Source: an uncultured delta proteobacterium (GTDB lineage: Bacteria; Desulfobacterota; Binatia; UBA9968). Taken from it: a DNA stretch of 64,000 nucleotides. Shown piece by piece: positions 41,832 to 51,903 of the stretch (positions are counted from its first letter, which is position 1; each line of letters begins with the position of its first letter). Location: assembly GCA_963737905.1 (NCBI GenBank), contig CAVTUQ010000017.1, positions 1 to 64,000 on the forward strand, given 5' to 3'. Both the position numbers and the translations under genes were made by a program. A model generated the notes under the pieces. That model was not told the DNA's origin. It did not search any database and saw nothing but the letters and a program-made list of their open reading frames with translations.

Positions 41832-41920
41832 AAATCGGGGAGAATGGGTTATTGGAGTACTGGACTATTGGAGTGTTGCTTTTCCATCCTATACTCCATC
41901 ACTCCCAGTACTCCAATCGC

Positions 41921-43354
41921 TTAGGGGAGCAGCACCCACGTGTCCTTGCTGCCTCCGCCCTGGGAGGAGTTGACCACCAGAGAGCCCTTTTTGAGTGCGA
42001 CTCGAGTTAATCCCCCGGGAAGAACATAAATATCCTTGCCATAGAGAATGTAGGGGCGCAAATCGATATGCCGGCCGGCAAACTGGCTATCGACAATCAC
42101 CGGCGCGCGGGAAAGCCCCAAAGTGGGCTGCGCAATGTAGTTCCGCGGATTGGCCTGTATCCGCCGCGCGAATTCCGCGCGTTCGTTCTCCGTGCTGTGC
42201 GGGCCCACCAACATGCCGTAGCCGCCGGATTCATTGACTGCTTTCACGACCAGGTGATTCAACTGTGAAACGACGTAAGAACGGTCTTTTGCCTCGGCAC
42301 AAATATAAGTCGGCACGTTGGGAATGATGATTTTCTCCCCGAGATAGTACTCGATGATCTTTGGCACATAGGCATAGATGGATTTGTCGTCCGCGATGCC
42401 GGTGCCCGGCGCATTCGCTAATGCCACGTTGCCCTTCTTGTAGACATCCATGAGACCGGGAACGCCCAGCAATGAATCAGAGCGGAAAACCTGGGGATCT
42501 AGAAAATCGTCATCGATGCGCCGATATAAGACATCAACCCGCTCAAACCCCTTGGTGGTGCGCATCATGACTCGCCCGTTGACGACGACCAGGTCGCGCC
42601 CTTCCACCAGTTCCACGCCCATCTGTTGCGCCAGGAAGGCGTGCTCGAAATAGGCGGAATTGTAGATTCCCGGCGTCAACACGGCGACCTTGGGCGACTC
42701 CAAAGCCGTTGGAAAAAGCGACTGCAGCATAGAGAGCAGGCGGCTGGGATATTCATCCACGGGACGAACTCGAGAGGCCTCAAAAACCTGGGGAAAGGTT
42801 CGTTTCATTACCCGGCGATTTTCCAGGACATAGGAAACACCCGACGGGCAGCGGAGATTGTCCTCCAGAACATAAATTTGGCCGTCCCGGTCGCGGACTA
42901 AGTCTGTGCCCGTGATGTGGCACCATATACCCTGCGGAGGATTGAGCCCCACGCAGGCGTCCCGAAAAGAACGGGCGGAGCGAATGAGATATTCGGGAAC
43001 TACGTTGTCTTTGACGATTTTTCTGTCGTGATAAATGTCGTCGATAAAAAGATTGAGCGCAAAGACACGCTGCTTGAGCCCTTTTTCAATCCAGTCCCAC
43101 TCTGAAGCTTCGACAATGCGTGGAATAACGTCAAACGGAAAGATTTTCTCGGTGGCGGCGCTGTCGCCATAAACGTTAAACGTGATGCCGCTTTGCAGCA
43201 ATAAACGCTCGGCAGCCTCCTGGCTAAGCAAGAGCTCGCCGTTTGGCAAAGACTCAATCCGCTCTTTGAGCAAGCGAGCGCCGGAACGGGCACAGCCGTC
43301 AGGCAGGAACATCTCGTCGAAGAATTCGGCAGTGTCGTAGGAGGCAAAATTCAT
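41921..43354 (-). CDS. Circularly permuted ATP-grasp type 2 protein
   Basis: GITFNVY, VLEDNLRCPSGVSY, SAYFEH, YRRIDDDFLDP, GGLTRVAL, NSSQGGGSKDTWV. Confidence 0.93.
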   Translation of the reverse strand: MNFASYDTAEFFDEMFLPDGCARSGARLLKERIESLPNGELLLSQEAAERLLLQSGITFNVYGDSAATEKIFPFDVIPRIVEASEWDWIEKGLKQRVFALNLFIDDIYHDRKIVKDNVVPEYLIRSARSFRDACVGLNPPQGIWCHITGTDLVRDRDGQIYVLEDNLRCPSGVSYVLENRRVMKRTFPQVFEASRVRPVDEYPSRLLSMLQSLFPTALESPKVAVLTPGIYNSAYFEHAFLAQQMGVELVEGRDLVVVNGRVMMRTTKGFERVDVLYRRIDDDFLDPQVFRSDSLLGVPGLMDVYKKGNVALANAPGTGIADDKSIYAYVPKIIEYYLGEKIIIPNVPTYICAEAKDRSYVVSQLNHLVVKAVNESGGYGMLVGPHSTENERAEFARRIQANPRNYIAQPTLGLSRAPVIVDSQFAGRHIDLRPYILYGKDIYVLPGGLTRVALKKGSLVVNSSQGGGSKDTWVLLP

Positions 43355-43763
43355 TCGCCGGCCTCAATACAACCTAGTTGTTAAATGGAGCTTGAAACAT
43401 CTAGCTCCTTCTTGGCGCGAGGGTTTTACGTAGCTTAGGGTCGAAGCTGACTGATATAGTCACACAAGTTTATAGCGCTAAGGTCTAGTTCTATTCAAGC
43501 TAATAGATGGGTCTCTTGCGCCGCCAGTTAAATTATTCTCTTCAAGTGATCGCAATCAACATGCCATTTGGCTCTACCGGTTCGGTTAGTCGTTTTTGCG
43601 TTTGAATGATGCAGCTGATTAATCTTTCGCCACCAGCGTGCCTAAAAGGCAGTCAGACAGACCAGACCAACCGGTTCCTGCTCGTCGGTACCTGTTCGAA
43701 ATCGCGTTTCGCTTTGGAGATACTTCCGAAGCGAAATATGCTAAAAATGAGCTTGAGGTGATC

Positions 43764-44558
43764 ATGTTTACAAAAGCGCACGGGATCGTTCAACACTTCG
43801 TGTCCCAGGGATCAAAGGATAAGCCGGTCCTAGTTTTTGCTAACTCTCTTGGGAGCGATCTCAGGATCTGGGACGGCGTCGTTGGTCATCTGGCGGGCGA
43901 TTTTAGAACCATCCGTTATGATAAGCGGGGGCACGGACTGAGTGACGTGCCCGCGCCGCCGTATTCCCTGGATGATCTTGTCCTGGATCTGGTGGGACTA
44001 CTCGATGCTCTGGAAATCAAAGAGGCGACGGTCTGTGGACTGTCGGTGGGTGGAGTCATCGCCCAGGGCTTGGCGATCAGCCGACCCGATCGTGTGAGCG
44101 GGCTTGTGCTCTGTGACACTGGCATGAGGATTGGTTCCTTCGCCAGCTGGGAGGAGCGCATAGCGACAGTCAAAGAGTCTGGATTGGCTAAGCTGATCGC
44201 TCCCTCGATGGAGCGGTGGTTTACCGCCGCCTTCCGGAAGCATCGAAGCGTCGAAATGCAAGGCTACGCCAACATGCTTCTGCGCATTCCTCGGGATGGG
44301 TATTTGGGCGCATGTTATGCGCTGCGGGACGCTGATCTGACGCAGGAGACCCCTAAAATCACTAAACCGACACTTGTCCTCTGCGGTGATCAAGACATTG
44401 CGACACCACCGGATCTCGGGCGTGAGCTTGCCCAGGCGATTTCCAACGCTCGTTTCGTCCTGATTGAACAGGCGGCACATTTGATTTGTATAGAACAGCC
44501 GGAAACCATGGCACGCCGGATGATGGAATTTTTGCGCGGGGTGAATATCAGTTATTGA
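43764..44558 (+). CDS. pcaD: 3-oxoadipate enol-lactonase
   Basis: LVFANSLGSDLRIWD, YDKRGHG, CGLSVGG, MERWFT; pca context. Confidence 0.85.
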   Translation: MFTKAHGIVQHFVSQGSKDKPVLVFANSLGSDLRIWDGVVGHLAGDFRTIRYDKRGHGLSDVPAPPYSLDDLVLDLVGLLDALEIKEATVCGLSVGGVIAQGLAISRPDRVSGLVLCDTGMRIGSFASWEERIATVKESGLAKLIAPSMERWFTAAFRKHRSVEMQGYANMLLRIPRDGYLGACYALRDADLTQETPKITKPTLVLCGDQDIATPPDLGRELAQAISNARFVLIEQAAHLICIEQPETMARRMMEFLRGVNISY

Positions 44559-44694
44559 TAAACTTGCCAATGACAGCATGGCCGAGCTAGCCATCGACGG
44601 CAACACGGAGTCCATTGAAGATAAGCAGAAGATCTACAAGCAGAATGCCCGAAAGCTATTACGACTCGACTAAATTGGAACCTGGAGGTGAACC

Positions 44695-45081
44695 TTGGCT
44701 AACGATCGATTTGATCAAGGCATGGCCATGCGCAAGTCAGTCCTAGGGACCGAGCACGTTGCGCGGGCAGAGGCTAACAAGACCGATTTCGACGCTGACT
44801 TTCAGCGCATCATAACCGAAAGCGCATGGGGAACCGTTTGGACACGGCCTGGGATCGATAAGAAAACGCGGCACCTGCTGACCTTGGCCATGCTCGCGGT
44901 GATGGGAAAGCACGACGAACTCGCCATGCATATCCGCGCGACGCGCAACACCGGCGTCACTCAAGAGGAGGTCAGGGAAGTTTTTCTACAAGTTTGGGCT
45001 TATGCCGGGGCGCCGGCGGCAAACAGCGCTTTTGGGATTGCGAAACGAGTTTACAAAGAGCTAGAGAACGAAGGCAAATAG
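44695..45081 (+). CDS. pcaC: 4-carboxymuconolactone decarboxylase
   Basis: GMAMRKSVLG, FQRIITESAWGTVWTRPG, YAGAPAANSAF. Confidence 0.9.
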   Translation: MANDRFDQGMAMRKSVLGTEHVARAEANKTDFDADFQRIITESAWGTVWTRPGIDKKTRHLLTLAMLAVMGKHDELAMHIRATRNTGVTQEEVREVFLQVWAYAGAPAANSAFGIAKRVYKELENEGK

Positions 45082-45100
45082 ATCCGGGAGGTAGCGTCCT

Positions 45101-45817
45101 ATGGAAGTCAAACCGTACAATCCGCGTGATTGGAAATCCCATCCGCCTTATCGCTTCGAGGGCTACAGGTCATCGATGAAGCGCGCTCCACTGAAGCGGC
45201 TCGTGAAAATGACGCAGACCCTGTCCGAGATCACCGGGCCGCTCTTCGATCACGAGACAGTGCAGCCGGGCGACAGCGATCTCACCCGCAACGCTGGCAC
45301 CGATAGCGAGGCGATGGGGGAACGGGTGATTATCGTCGGGCGAGTGTTGGACGAGGATGAGCGAGTGGTTCCTGACACGTTGATCGAGATCTGGCAGGCG
45401 AACGCCGCCGGTCGTTACCATCACGAGGTGGATCAGCACCGCGCGCCGCTGGATCCCAATTTTATCGGAGCGGGGCGCTGCATGACTAATGAGCAGGGCG
45501 AATATCGATTCCTCACGGTGAAGCCCGGCCCTTATCCGTGGCTGAACCATCCCAATGCGTGGCGACCGTCCCACATCCATCTATCGTTGTTCGGACCAAG
45601 CTTCGTGACCCGCCTAGTGACTCAGTTTTTCTTTCCCGGCGATCCGTTGATCCCCATGGATCCGATCTTGAATTCGGTGCCGTCCAAAAGTGGCCGCCAG
45701 CGGCTGATCAGTTCCTATGCGCATGACGCCACGGAACCCGAGTGGGCGTTGGGCTACCGCTTTGACATTGTCTTGCGGGGGCGGCGCCAGACACCTTTCG
45801 AGGGGAACGCACGATGA
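45101..45817 (+). CDS. pcaH: Protocatechuate 3,4-dioxygenase beta subunit
   Basis: SEITGP, EIWQANAAGRY, PYPW...NAWRPSHIH. Confidence 0.93.
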   Translation: MEVKPYNPRDWKSHPPYRFEGYRSSMKRAPLKRLVKMTQTLSEITGPLFDHETVQPGDSDLTRNAGTDSEAMGERVIIVGRVLDEDERVVPDTLIEIWQANAAGRYHHEVDQHRAPLDPNFIGAGRCMTNEQGEYRFLTVKPGPYPWLNHPNAWRPSHIHLSLFGPSFVTRLVTQFFFPGDPLIPMDPILNSVPSKSGRQRLISSYAHDATEPEWALGYRFDIVLRGRRQTPFEGNAR

Positions 45818-46383
45818 AGCAAACGCCGTCACAAACCGTCGGACCGTTCTATGCGTTGGGACTGACGGAAAAAACGATGAACGTGCTGGCGACCGATACG
45901 ACTCAGGGCGAAAAGATTCGGATTGAGGGTTATGTATTCGACGGAGATGGGCAGGCCGTGCCGGACGCGATGGTGGAAATCTGGCAGGCCAATGCTTATG
46001 GGCGCTACAACCATCCGGATGACAAGCAGGAGAAACCACTGGATCCGAGTTTTCTCGGTTGGGGCCGATCCGGCACAGATAAAACGGGTGTGTTCTCATT
46101 CGAGACGGTAAAACCGGGGTCGGTGCCCGGGCCGGACGGATCCGTACAGGCTCCCCATATCAATGTGACGGTCTTTGCGCGTGGAATGCTCGTTCACGCC
46201 TATACGCGAATCTATTTCGGTGACGAGCCGGGAAATGAGACGGACCCGGTGCTGTCTTCGATCAAGAACAAAGTCCGGCGTCAGACGCTGATCGCATCCC
46301 GTGAAGAAAAGAATGGCAGGCCGGTCTATCGCTTTGACATCCGGCTGCAGGGAGAGAGCGAAACCGTCTTCTTCGATATGTGA
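45814..46383 (+). CDS. pcaG: Protocatechuate 3,4-dioxygenase alpha subunit
   Basis: TPSQTVGPF, QAPHINV, FARGML, TRIYF, ETVFFD. Confidence 0.93.
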   Translation: MKQTPSQTVGPFYALGLTEKTMNVLATDTTQGEKIRIEGYVFDGDGQAVPDAMVEIWQANAYGRYNHPDDKQEKPLDPSFLGWGRSGTDKTGVFSFETVKPGSVPGPDGSVQAPHINVTVFARGMLVHAYTRIYFGDEPGNETDPVLSSIKNKVRRQTLIASREEKNGRPVYRFDIRLQGESETVFFDM

Positions 46384-46384
46384 T

Positions 46385-46432
46385 GCCCCCTCACCCTAAC
46401 CCTGTCCCGCGAGGGGAGCGGGGAACGGAGGG
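46385..46432. repeat. REP-like GC-rich palindrome (CCCTCACCCTAACCC family)
   Basis: CCCCTCACCCTAACCCTGTCCCGCGAGGGGAGCGGGG; a related element lies at about 56201-56253. Confidence 0.5.
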
Positions 46433-46468
46433 CGCTTCGCCGAAAGAAAACCGATAACGTAGCGACCC

Positions 46469-47824
46469 ATGACCACTACGCTCGATTCGAAAATTTTTGG
46501 CCCTCTCTTTGGCGACTCCGAAATCGACCAATTGTTGGGCGATGAAGCCTACGTTCGAGCGCTCGTGGAAGTCGAGATCGCACTGGCGCGAGCCGAAGCT
46601 AGTCTCGGCGTTATCCCCTCAAGGGCGGCGGAACAGATCTCTAACGCTGCACAGTGGAACAAAATCGATATCGCCGCGCTCGCTAAAGGAACGGCTCGCT
46701 CCGGGTTTCCGATCATCGCTCTGGTCCAGGAATTACGCAAAGCCGTTGGAACGGAGGCGGCGTCCTACGTGCACTGGGGCGCGACGACGCAGGACATCAT
46801 GGATACGGCTGGCAGCCTGCAACTGCGTGCGGTAATCAAGCTAATCAAAGTACGCATCGCCGAGATGGCGCGTCTTCTGAGCGAACTTTCAAATCGGCAT
46901 CGCGTCACGGTCTTGGCGGGGCGCACCCATGGGCAGCAGGCGCTGCCGGTGAGCTTCGGCTTGAAAGTTGCCGCGTGGCTTGCGCCCTTTATTCGCCACG
47001 CCGAGCGGCTTCATGAAATTTCGCCACGGCTCCTGGTGGTTCAGTTCGGCGGCGCGGCCGGCACTCTCGCGGCCCTCGGTGACAAGGGTCTTGAGGTGAT
47101 GCACGGACTAGCGGATGAGCTGGGATTGGGTGCGCCGGTGATGCCGTGGCACGCCCAGCGTGACAATCTAGTAGAATTCGCCGGCTGGCTTAGTCTAGTG
47201 ACGGGCAGTCTCGGCAAGATGGCACAGGATATTATTTTGCTGGCCCAGACCGAGGTCGGGGAGGTTTCCGAGTCGGCAGAAGAGGGGCGAGGCGGCAGCA
47301 GCACGATGCCGCAGAAGAGCAATCCCATCGCGAGCGAGCTGATCGTGGCTGCCGCGCGCACCAATGCGTCCTTACTGTCGGCTCTCCACCAGGCGCAGAT
47401 TCAAGAGCACGAGCGGGCAACCCATGGCTGGCAGGTGGAATGGTTGACCTTGCCGCAGATGATTGTGCTTACCGGCGGCGCCCTAAAGCACAGCCTCTAT
47501 TTGGCGAAGAATCTGCAGGTGGACCAACCTAAGATGCGCGAGAATATTGCGCGTGGGGATGACGTCATTCTCGCTGAAGCTGCCGTGTTCACCTTGGCAA
47601 AAGTGATGCCACGCTCTAAAGCGGATGATCTCGTCAAAAAGGCATGCGGCATCGCCGTGTCCGAAGGAAAGCCTCTCATCGAAGTCGTGAGAAATTTGGC
47701 CGCAAGCACAATAACCAACGATGCTATAGATTGGCAGGCGTTGGCAGCGCCTGAAAACTATCTAGGGGCAACGGAAAGAATCATCGACCGGGTGCTCAAA
47801 AGTGCAAATAATCTTTTGAGCTAA
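46469..47824 (+). CDS. pcaB: 3-carboxy-cis,cis-muconate cycloisomerase
   Basis: HWGATTQDIMDT, GRTHGQQA, GGSSTMPQKSNP, QEHER; pca context. Confidence 0.88.
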   Translation: MTTTLDSKIFGPLFGDSEIDQLLGDEAYVRALVEVEIALARAEASLGVIPSRAAEQISNAAQWNKIDIAALAKGTARSGFPIIALVQELRKAVGTEAASYVHWGATTQDIMDTAGSLQLRAVIKLIKVRIAEMARLLSELSNRHRVTVLAGRTHGQQALPVSFGLKVAAWLAPFIRHAERLHEISPRLLVVQFGGAAGTLAALGDKGLEVMHGLADELGLGAPVMPWHAQRDNLVEFAGWLSLVTGSLGKMAQDIILLAQTEVGEVSESAEEGRGGSSTMPQKSNPIASELIVAAARTNASLLSALHQAQIQEHERATHGWQVEWLTLPQMIVLTGGALKHSLYLAKNLQVDQPKMRENIARGDDVILAEAAVFTLAKVMPRSKADDLVKKACGIAVSEGKPLIEVVRNLAASTITNDAIDWQALAAPENYLGATERIIDRVLKSANNLLS

Positions 47825-47846
47825 CGAACGTTCAGCGATTGACCTT

Positions 47847-48779
47847 GTGAGCAAGCCAGCAAAAGCCAACAAACTTGTGTCCATGGGAAAAGCCGTCGCT
47901 ACCTACGTCAGCGACAACTCTTCCGTGGCCATCGAAGGTTTCACCGGGTTCATCTGCTTTGCGGCTGGCCACGAGATCATCCGCCAGCGGCGGCGCAACC
48001 TGACCTTGATCCGCATGACGCCGGACTTGATCTATGATCAAATGATCGCCGCGGGCACCGCGAGCAAACTGATTTTTAGCTACATGGGCAACCCCGGGGT
48101 CGGCTCGCTTTATTGCATCCGGCGCGCCGTGGAGAAAGCCATTCCTTGCCCGTTGGAGCTGGAAGAGTACTCCCACTACGGCCTGGTCGGTCGTTTTGCG
48201 GCCGGCGCATCCCGGTTACCCTTCTTTGCTTTGCGCAGCTATATCGGCTCCGACATGCTCACGGCAAATCCGCTGATCAAACTGATTGACGATCCCTATG
48301 GCACGGGCAAGATCGCGGTGGTGCCGCCGCTCAATCCCGATGTCGCCATCCTCCACGCTCAGCGCGCCGATGCGAAGGGCAACACTCAGCTGTGGGGACT
48401 GCTCGGCATGCAAAAGGAAATAGCGTTTGCCTCCAAGCATGTCATCGTGGTGGTCGAAGAAATGGTGGACGAATCGGTGATCCGCGCCGATCCCAATCGT
48501 ACGCTGATCCCCGGGTTGATCGTCGATGCCGTCGTGCACGAGCCCTACGGCGCGCACCCCTCCTATGTCCAGGGATACTACGACCGCGACAACGAATCCT
48601 ACCTGGCTTGGGACAAGCTTTCCCAAGATCACGCGGCGGTTTTGGAGTGGCTCGACGAGTGGGTTTACGGCTTGGAAAATCATGCCGCTTACGTGCGCAA
48701 GTACGGGCAGGCTTACTTTGATAAGCTCAAGCCGGGGCCTTTGCCGGCGCCGCCGGTTGACTATGGAAGGTATCGATGA
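47847..48779 (+). CDS. CoA-transferase subunit A (glutaconate CoA-transferase-like; probable 3-oxoadipate CoA-transferase)
   Basis: EGFT...FAAGHEIIRQ, PDVAILHAQRAD, GAHPSY...YYDRD. Confidence 0.85.
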   Translation: MSKPAKANKLVSMGKAVATYVSDNSSVAIEGFTGFICFAAGHEIIRQRRRNLTLIRMTPDLIYDQMIAAGTASKLIFSYMGNPGVGSLYCIRRAVEKAIPCPLELEEYSHYGLVGRFAAGASRLPFFALRSYIGSDMLTANPLIKLIDDPYGTGKIAVVPPLNPDVAILHAQRADAKGNTQLWGLLGMQKEIAFASKHVIVVVEEMVDESVIRADPNRTLIPGLIVDAVVHEPYGAHPSYVQGYYDRDNESYLAWDKLSQDHAAVLEWLDEWVYGLENHAAYVRKYGQAYFDKLKPGPLPAPPVDYGRYR

Positions 48780-49543
48780 GCGAAGTAACTTACACCGATT
48801 CAGAGATGATGGTCGCAGTGGCCGCGCGCATGTTGAAAGGAGCGCGCACTGTTTTCGTCGGCGTGGGTCTGCCCAACATCGCCTGCAACCTGGCGCGCTA
48901 CACCGTCGCGCCTGATCTGGAGCTCATCTACGAATCCGGGGTCTATGGGGCCCGTCCCGAACGGTTGCCTCTGTCCATCGGCGACCCGACCCTGGTCAGC
49001 GGCGCCGCTTCGGTCGTTTCGATGGCAGACCTTTTCGGGCTTTACCTGCAACGTGGATTGGTCGAGATTGCCTTGTTGGGCGGAGCCCAGATCGATCGCT
49101 TCGGAAATCTCAATACCACGGTCATCGGCGACTACAAGAAACCCAAAACGCGCCTCCCCGGCAGCGGGGGCGCTTGCGAGATCGCCATCAACGCTCAGCG
49201 GACGTTTATGATCATGCGTCTGAAGCGCCGGGCGTTTGTCGACCATCTGGATTTTCTGACCAGCCCCGGCCACCTGACCGGCGGCGATAGCCGCGCTCGA
49301 TTGGGTTTGCCCGGCGGTGGGCCGGAGCTGGTGATCACCGACAAGGCGATCTTGAACTTCGAGAACCCTGAGCGCGAGATGCAGCTCTGCGAGCTCTATC
49401 CCCGGGTCACTCCAAAGGATGTACAGGCCGAAGTCGGATGGCCGCTGCGGGTCGCGGAGACGGTGGGCGAGACAGCCGCGCCAACTGCTGAAGAGCTACG
49501 TTTGATCCGTGACGAGGTCGATCCCCAAGGAATGTATCGGTAG
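48776..49543 (+). CDS. CoA-transferase subunit B
   Basis: VFVGVGLP, LIYESG, GGAQIDRFGNLN, RLPGSGGA. Confidence 0.87.
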   Translation: MSEVTYTDSEMMVAVAARMLKGARTVFVGVGLPNIACNLARYTVAPDLELIYESGVYGARPERLPLSIGDPTLVSGAASVVSMADLFGLYLQRGLVEIALLGGAQIDRFGNLNTTVIGDYKKPKTRLPGSGGACEIAINAQRTFMIMRLKRRAFVDHLDFLTSPGHLTGGDSRARLGLPGGGPELVITDKAILNFENPEREMQLCELYPRVTPKDVQAEVGWPLRVAETVGETAAPTAEELRLIRDEVDPQGMYR

Positions 49544-49643
49544 AACATCGGGGGATGGCCGTGACGATGGTTGTTTCAATTAGGGAGAAAAAGTTGGATG
49601 GGCTCGACCATTCGCGCAGCAATCGGTCGGACAGGAGACGGAG

Positions 49644-50027
49644 ATGCCTAAGAAAGAAGTGATTCAGGTGAATCTCGCTGCGGCCAACCCCAACCTCTCG
49701 CCCGCGACCCGGTTCGGTAACCTGGTCTTCGTGGCCGGGCAGACGGGGAGGCACCCGGTTTCGGGGAAAGTCGGCAAAGGCGTTCGCGAGCAGACCCTTT
49801 ATGCCCTGCAGCGCGTCGACGCGATCTTGGCCGCCGCCGGCACATCCCTCGATAATGTCCTAACCGTGACTACACATCTTACCAAACGGGAGGACCTGGC
49901 GGCCTATAATGAGGAGTACGCCAAGTTCTTCCCGAGTAACAAGCCGGCCAGGACCACCGTGGAAGTGATGTTAAACTCGCCCGATCTCCTGGTGGAGATC
50001 ACCGTAACCGCGTGCATCCCCGATTGA
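49644..50027 (+). CDS. RidA/YjgF family protein
   Basis: LVFVAGQ, AGTSLDNV, PARTTV, LVEI. Confidence 0.88.
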   Translation: MPKKEVIQVNLAAANPNLSPATRFGNLVFVAGQTGRHPVSGKVGKGVREQTLYALQRVDAILAAAGTSLDNVLTVTTHLTKREDLAAYNEEYAKFFPSNKPARTTVEVMLNSPDLLVEITVTACIPD

Positions 50028-50395
50028 CCCTTGTCTGTGACGCGGAGGATGATCAGACTTTCGATGAGGTGCGAAACAACGGCTTGACAGGCTTCGCGCA
50101 TGGGTTTAGCCGCAGCTTTTTCGCTTTGAAACACTTAAGTTCCGGGATGAGTGGCTAACCCTTCGCGCTGCGGAACGCCCCATCCGCAACAACCCGCCGA
50201 TTTATCGGCGCACAAGGAGAATAAGCATGAAGCAGGACGCACGGAAAAATTCGCATAGGCGCAAAAGACAAAAGAGGCGCCTCGCTTTGAAAAAGTACGT
50301 AGCAGAAAAAAAATCAAAGAATGGCGAGAGATAGTACTGTCGTAATTGGTCTGGTATAAGAGTCGGCGGCGCCGGCAGCATGAACAGGCAACCGT

Positions 50396-50704
50396 TTATT
50401 TTGCCTGCGGCTCTTGCGGCTCTCCGGTGCCGCCCGGTCGTTTAGGTTTCCGCCGCGGATCCTCTGAATCAGGCAAGCAATAGTAGGTCATCGTGGTCTT
50501 GTTTTCGGTAAACGTAACTGCGTTGCCGGCAAACTTTGCGTCTCCGAACTGCCGCCATGTATCCAGCTTTTCTTTCATGCTGGCCAGACATTTTTCCTGA
50601 TTTAGGAATCCAGCGACCCCCAACCAACTATCTACCGCCGGTCCTTGGGTTCGAATCCAGAGCACCCACGCGAGCAAAAGCACCAAGTAGCATGAATGTT
50701 TCAT
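50396..50704 (-). CDS. Small secreted hypothetical protein
   Basis: Hydrophobic N-terminus AWVLW, two downstream Cys, YYCLPDSEDPR. Confidence 0.7.
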   Translation of the reverse strand: MKHSCYLVLLLAWVLWIRTQGPAVDSWLGVAGFLNQEKCLASMKEKLDTWRQFGDAKFAGNAVTFTENKTTMTYYCLPDSEDPRRKPKRPGGTGEPQEPQAK

Positions 50705-50872
50705 AGGCTGAACTCCCCCATCGTCCGGTCCTGTTTAGGCCAAAAAGATCTTTCCTCCCGTTGTTGACCAGCCAGAAGGCATGTCCTTCATTTCGTAACA
50801 CAATTCTCTCTTGACACGCTACTCCTTTGAGGCGTAGACGAGTGGCAAGAGGTAAGTAGAAAGGAGCCGGCC

Positions 50873-51895
50873 ATGGCAAACCATTTCGAAGTGATCGACG
50901 CGGACGGTCATATCACCGAGGAAGACAGTCAATTGAAGCAATATATGGAAGCACGCTATCGCGACAGATCGGCCACTCTTACTCCCAGAGATAGTTGGGA
51001 CCGCTCCTTGGGAGGAACGTTGGGCACTCGTGCAAGAGATGCGAAAAGTTGGCTTGATGCTATGGACAAGGGGGGCGTGTCGACTGCGGTCCTGTATCCG
51101 ACGAACGGCCTCAGTGTGGGCTGGATTAGGGAGCCGGACGTGGCCGTAGCGTACTCAAAAGCCTGGAACGACTTCGTAGCAGAAGAATTTCAAAAAGTTA
51201 GCCCGCGGCTGAAGGCGGTGGCGCTGGTTCCTTTTCAGGATGTGCCCGAAGCGGTCAAGGAACTCCGTCGGGCCGTCAGAGAGCTGAAGCTCGTCGGCCT
51301 CATGTTGCCCGCCGTGGGATTGCGGCTCCCTCTAGGACACGAGAGCTTCTGGCCGATCTATGAAGAGGCGGAAAAATTAGACTGCATGGTCGGAGTCCAT
51401 GCCACAGTAAGGGGTCCGCACTATTTTGCCGGCGACATGTTCGATCAGTTTATCGAAGTGCATACTCTGTCCCATTCGTTTGCCCAAATGCTGCAATGCA
51501 CGAGCATGATGTTTCGCGGCGTGTTCGACCGTTTTCCCAAGCTTCGCGTCGCCTTCATGGAGGCGGGTTGTAGTTGGGCGCCCTATTGGTTCGGGAGAAT
51601 GAACGAGGAGTGGGAAAAACGCGGCAAAATCGAAGCGCCCAACTGTAAGAACAAACCCACCGAGTATTTTAAAGACGGGCGGATCTATTTTCATGCAGAA
51701 GATTACGAACCCTTGATCGGCGCCACGGCAAATCTTCTGTCGCACAAAGTCATCTACTATGCGTCGGATTATCCCCACTGGGATACCGAATTTCCGGAAA
51801 ACATCGAACAGCTGAGCCGGCGTGAAGACTTGAACGAAGAGGCCAAAAAATGGCTTTTGGCAGAAAGCGCCAAGAAGCTCTACAACTTGCATTGA
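50873..51895 (+). CDS. Amidohydrolase family 2 protein
   Basis: IDADGHITE, AVLYPT, FMEAGCSW, ASDYPHWD. Confidence 0.9.
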   Translation: MANHFEVIDADGHITEEDSQLKQYMEARYRDRSATLTPRDSWDRSLGGTLGTRARDAKSWLDAMDKGGVSTAVLYPTNGLSVGWIREPDVAVAYSKAWNDFVAEEFQKVSPRLKAVALVPFQDVPEAVKELRRAVRELKLVGLMLPAVGLRLPLGHESFWPIYEEAEKLDCMVGVHATVRGPHYFAGDMFDQFIEVHTLSHSFAQMLQCTSMMFRGVFDRFPKLRVAFMEAGCSWAPYWFGRMNEEWEKRGKIEAPNCKNKPTEYFKDGRIYFHAEDYEPLIGATANLLSHKVIYYASDYPHWDTEFPENIEQLSRREDLNEEAKKWLLAESAKKLYNLH

Positions 51896-51903
51896 GGACA
51901 TCT

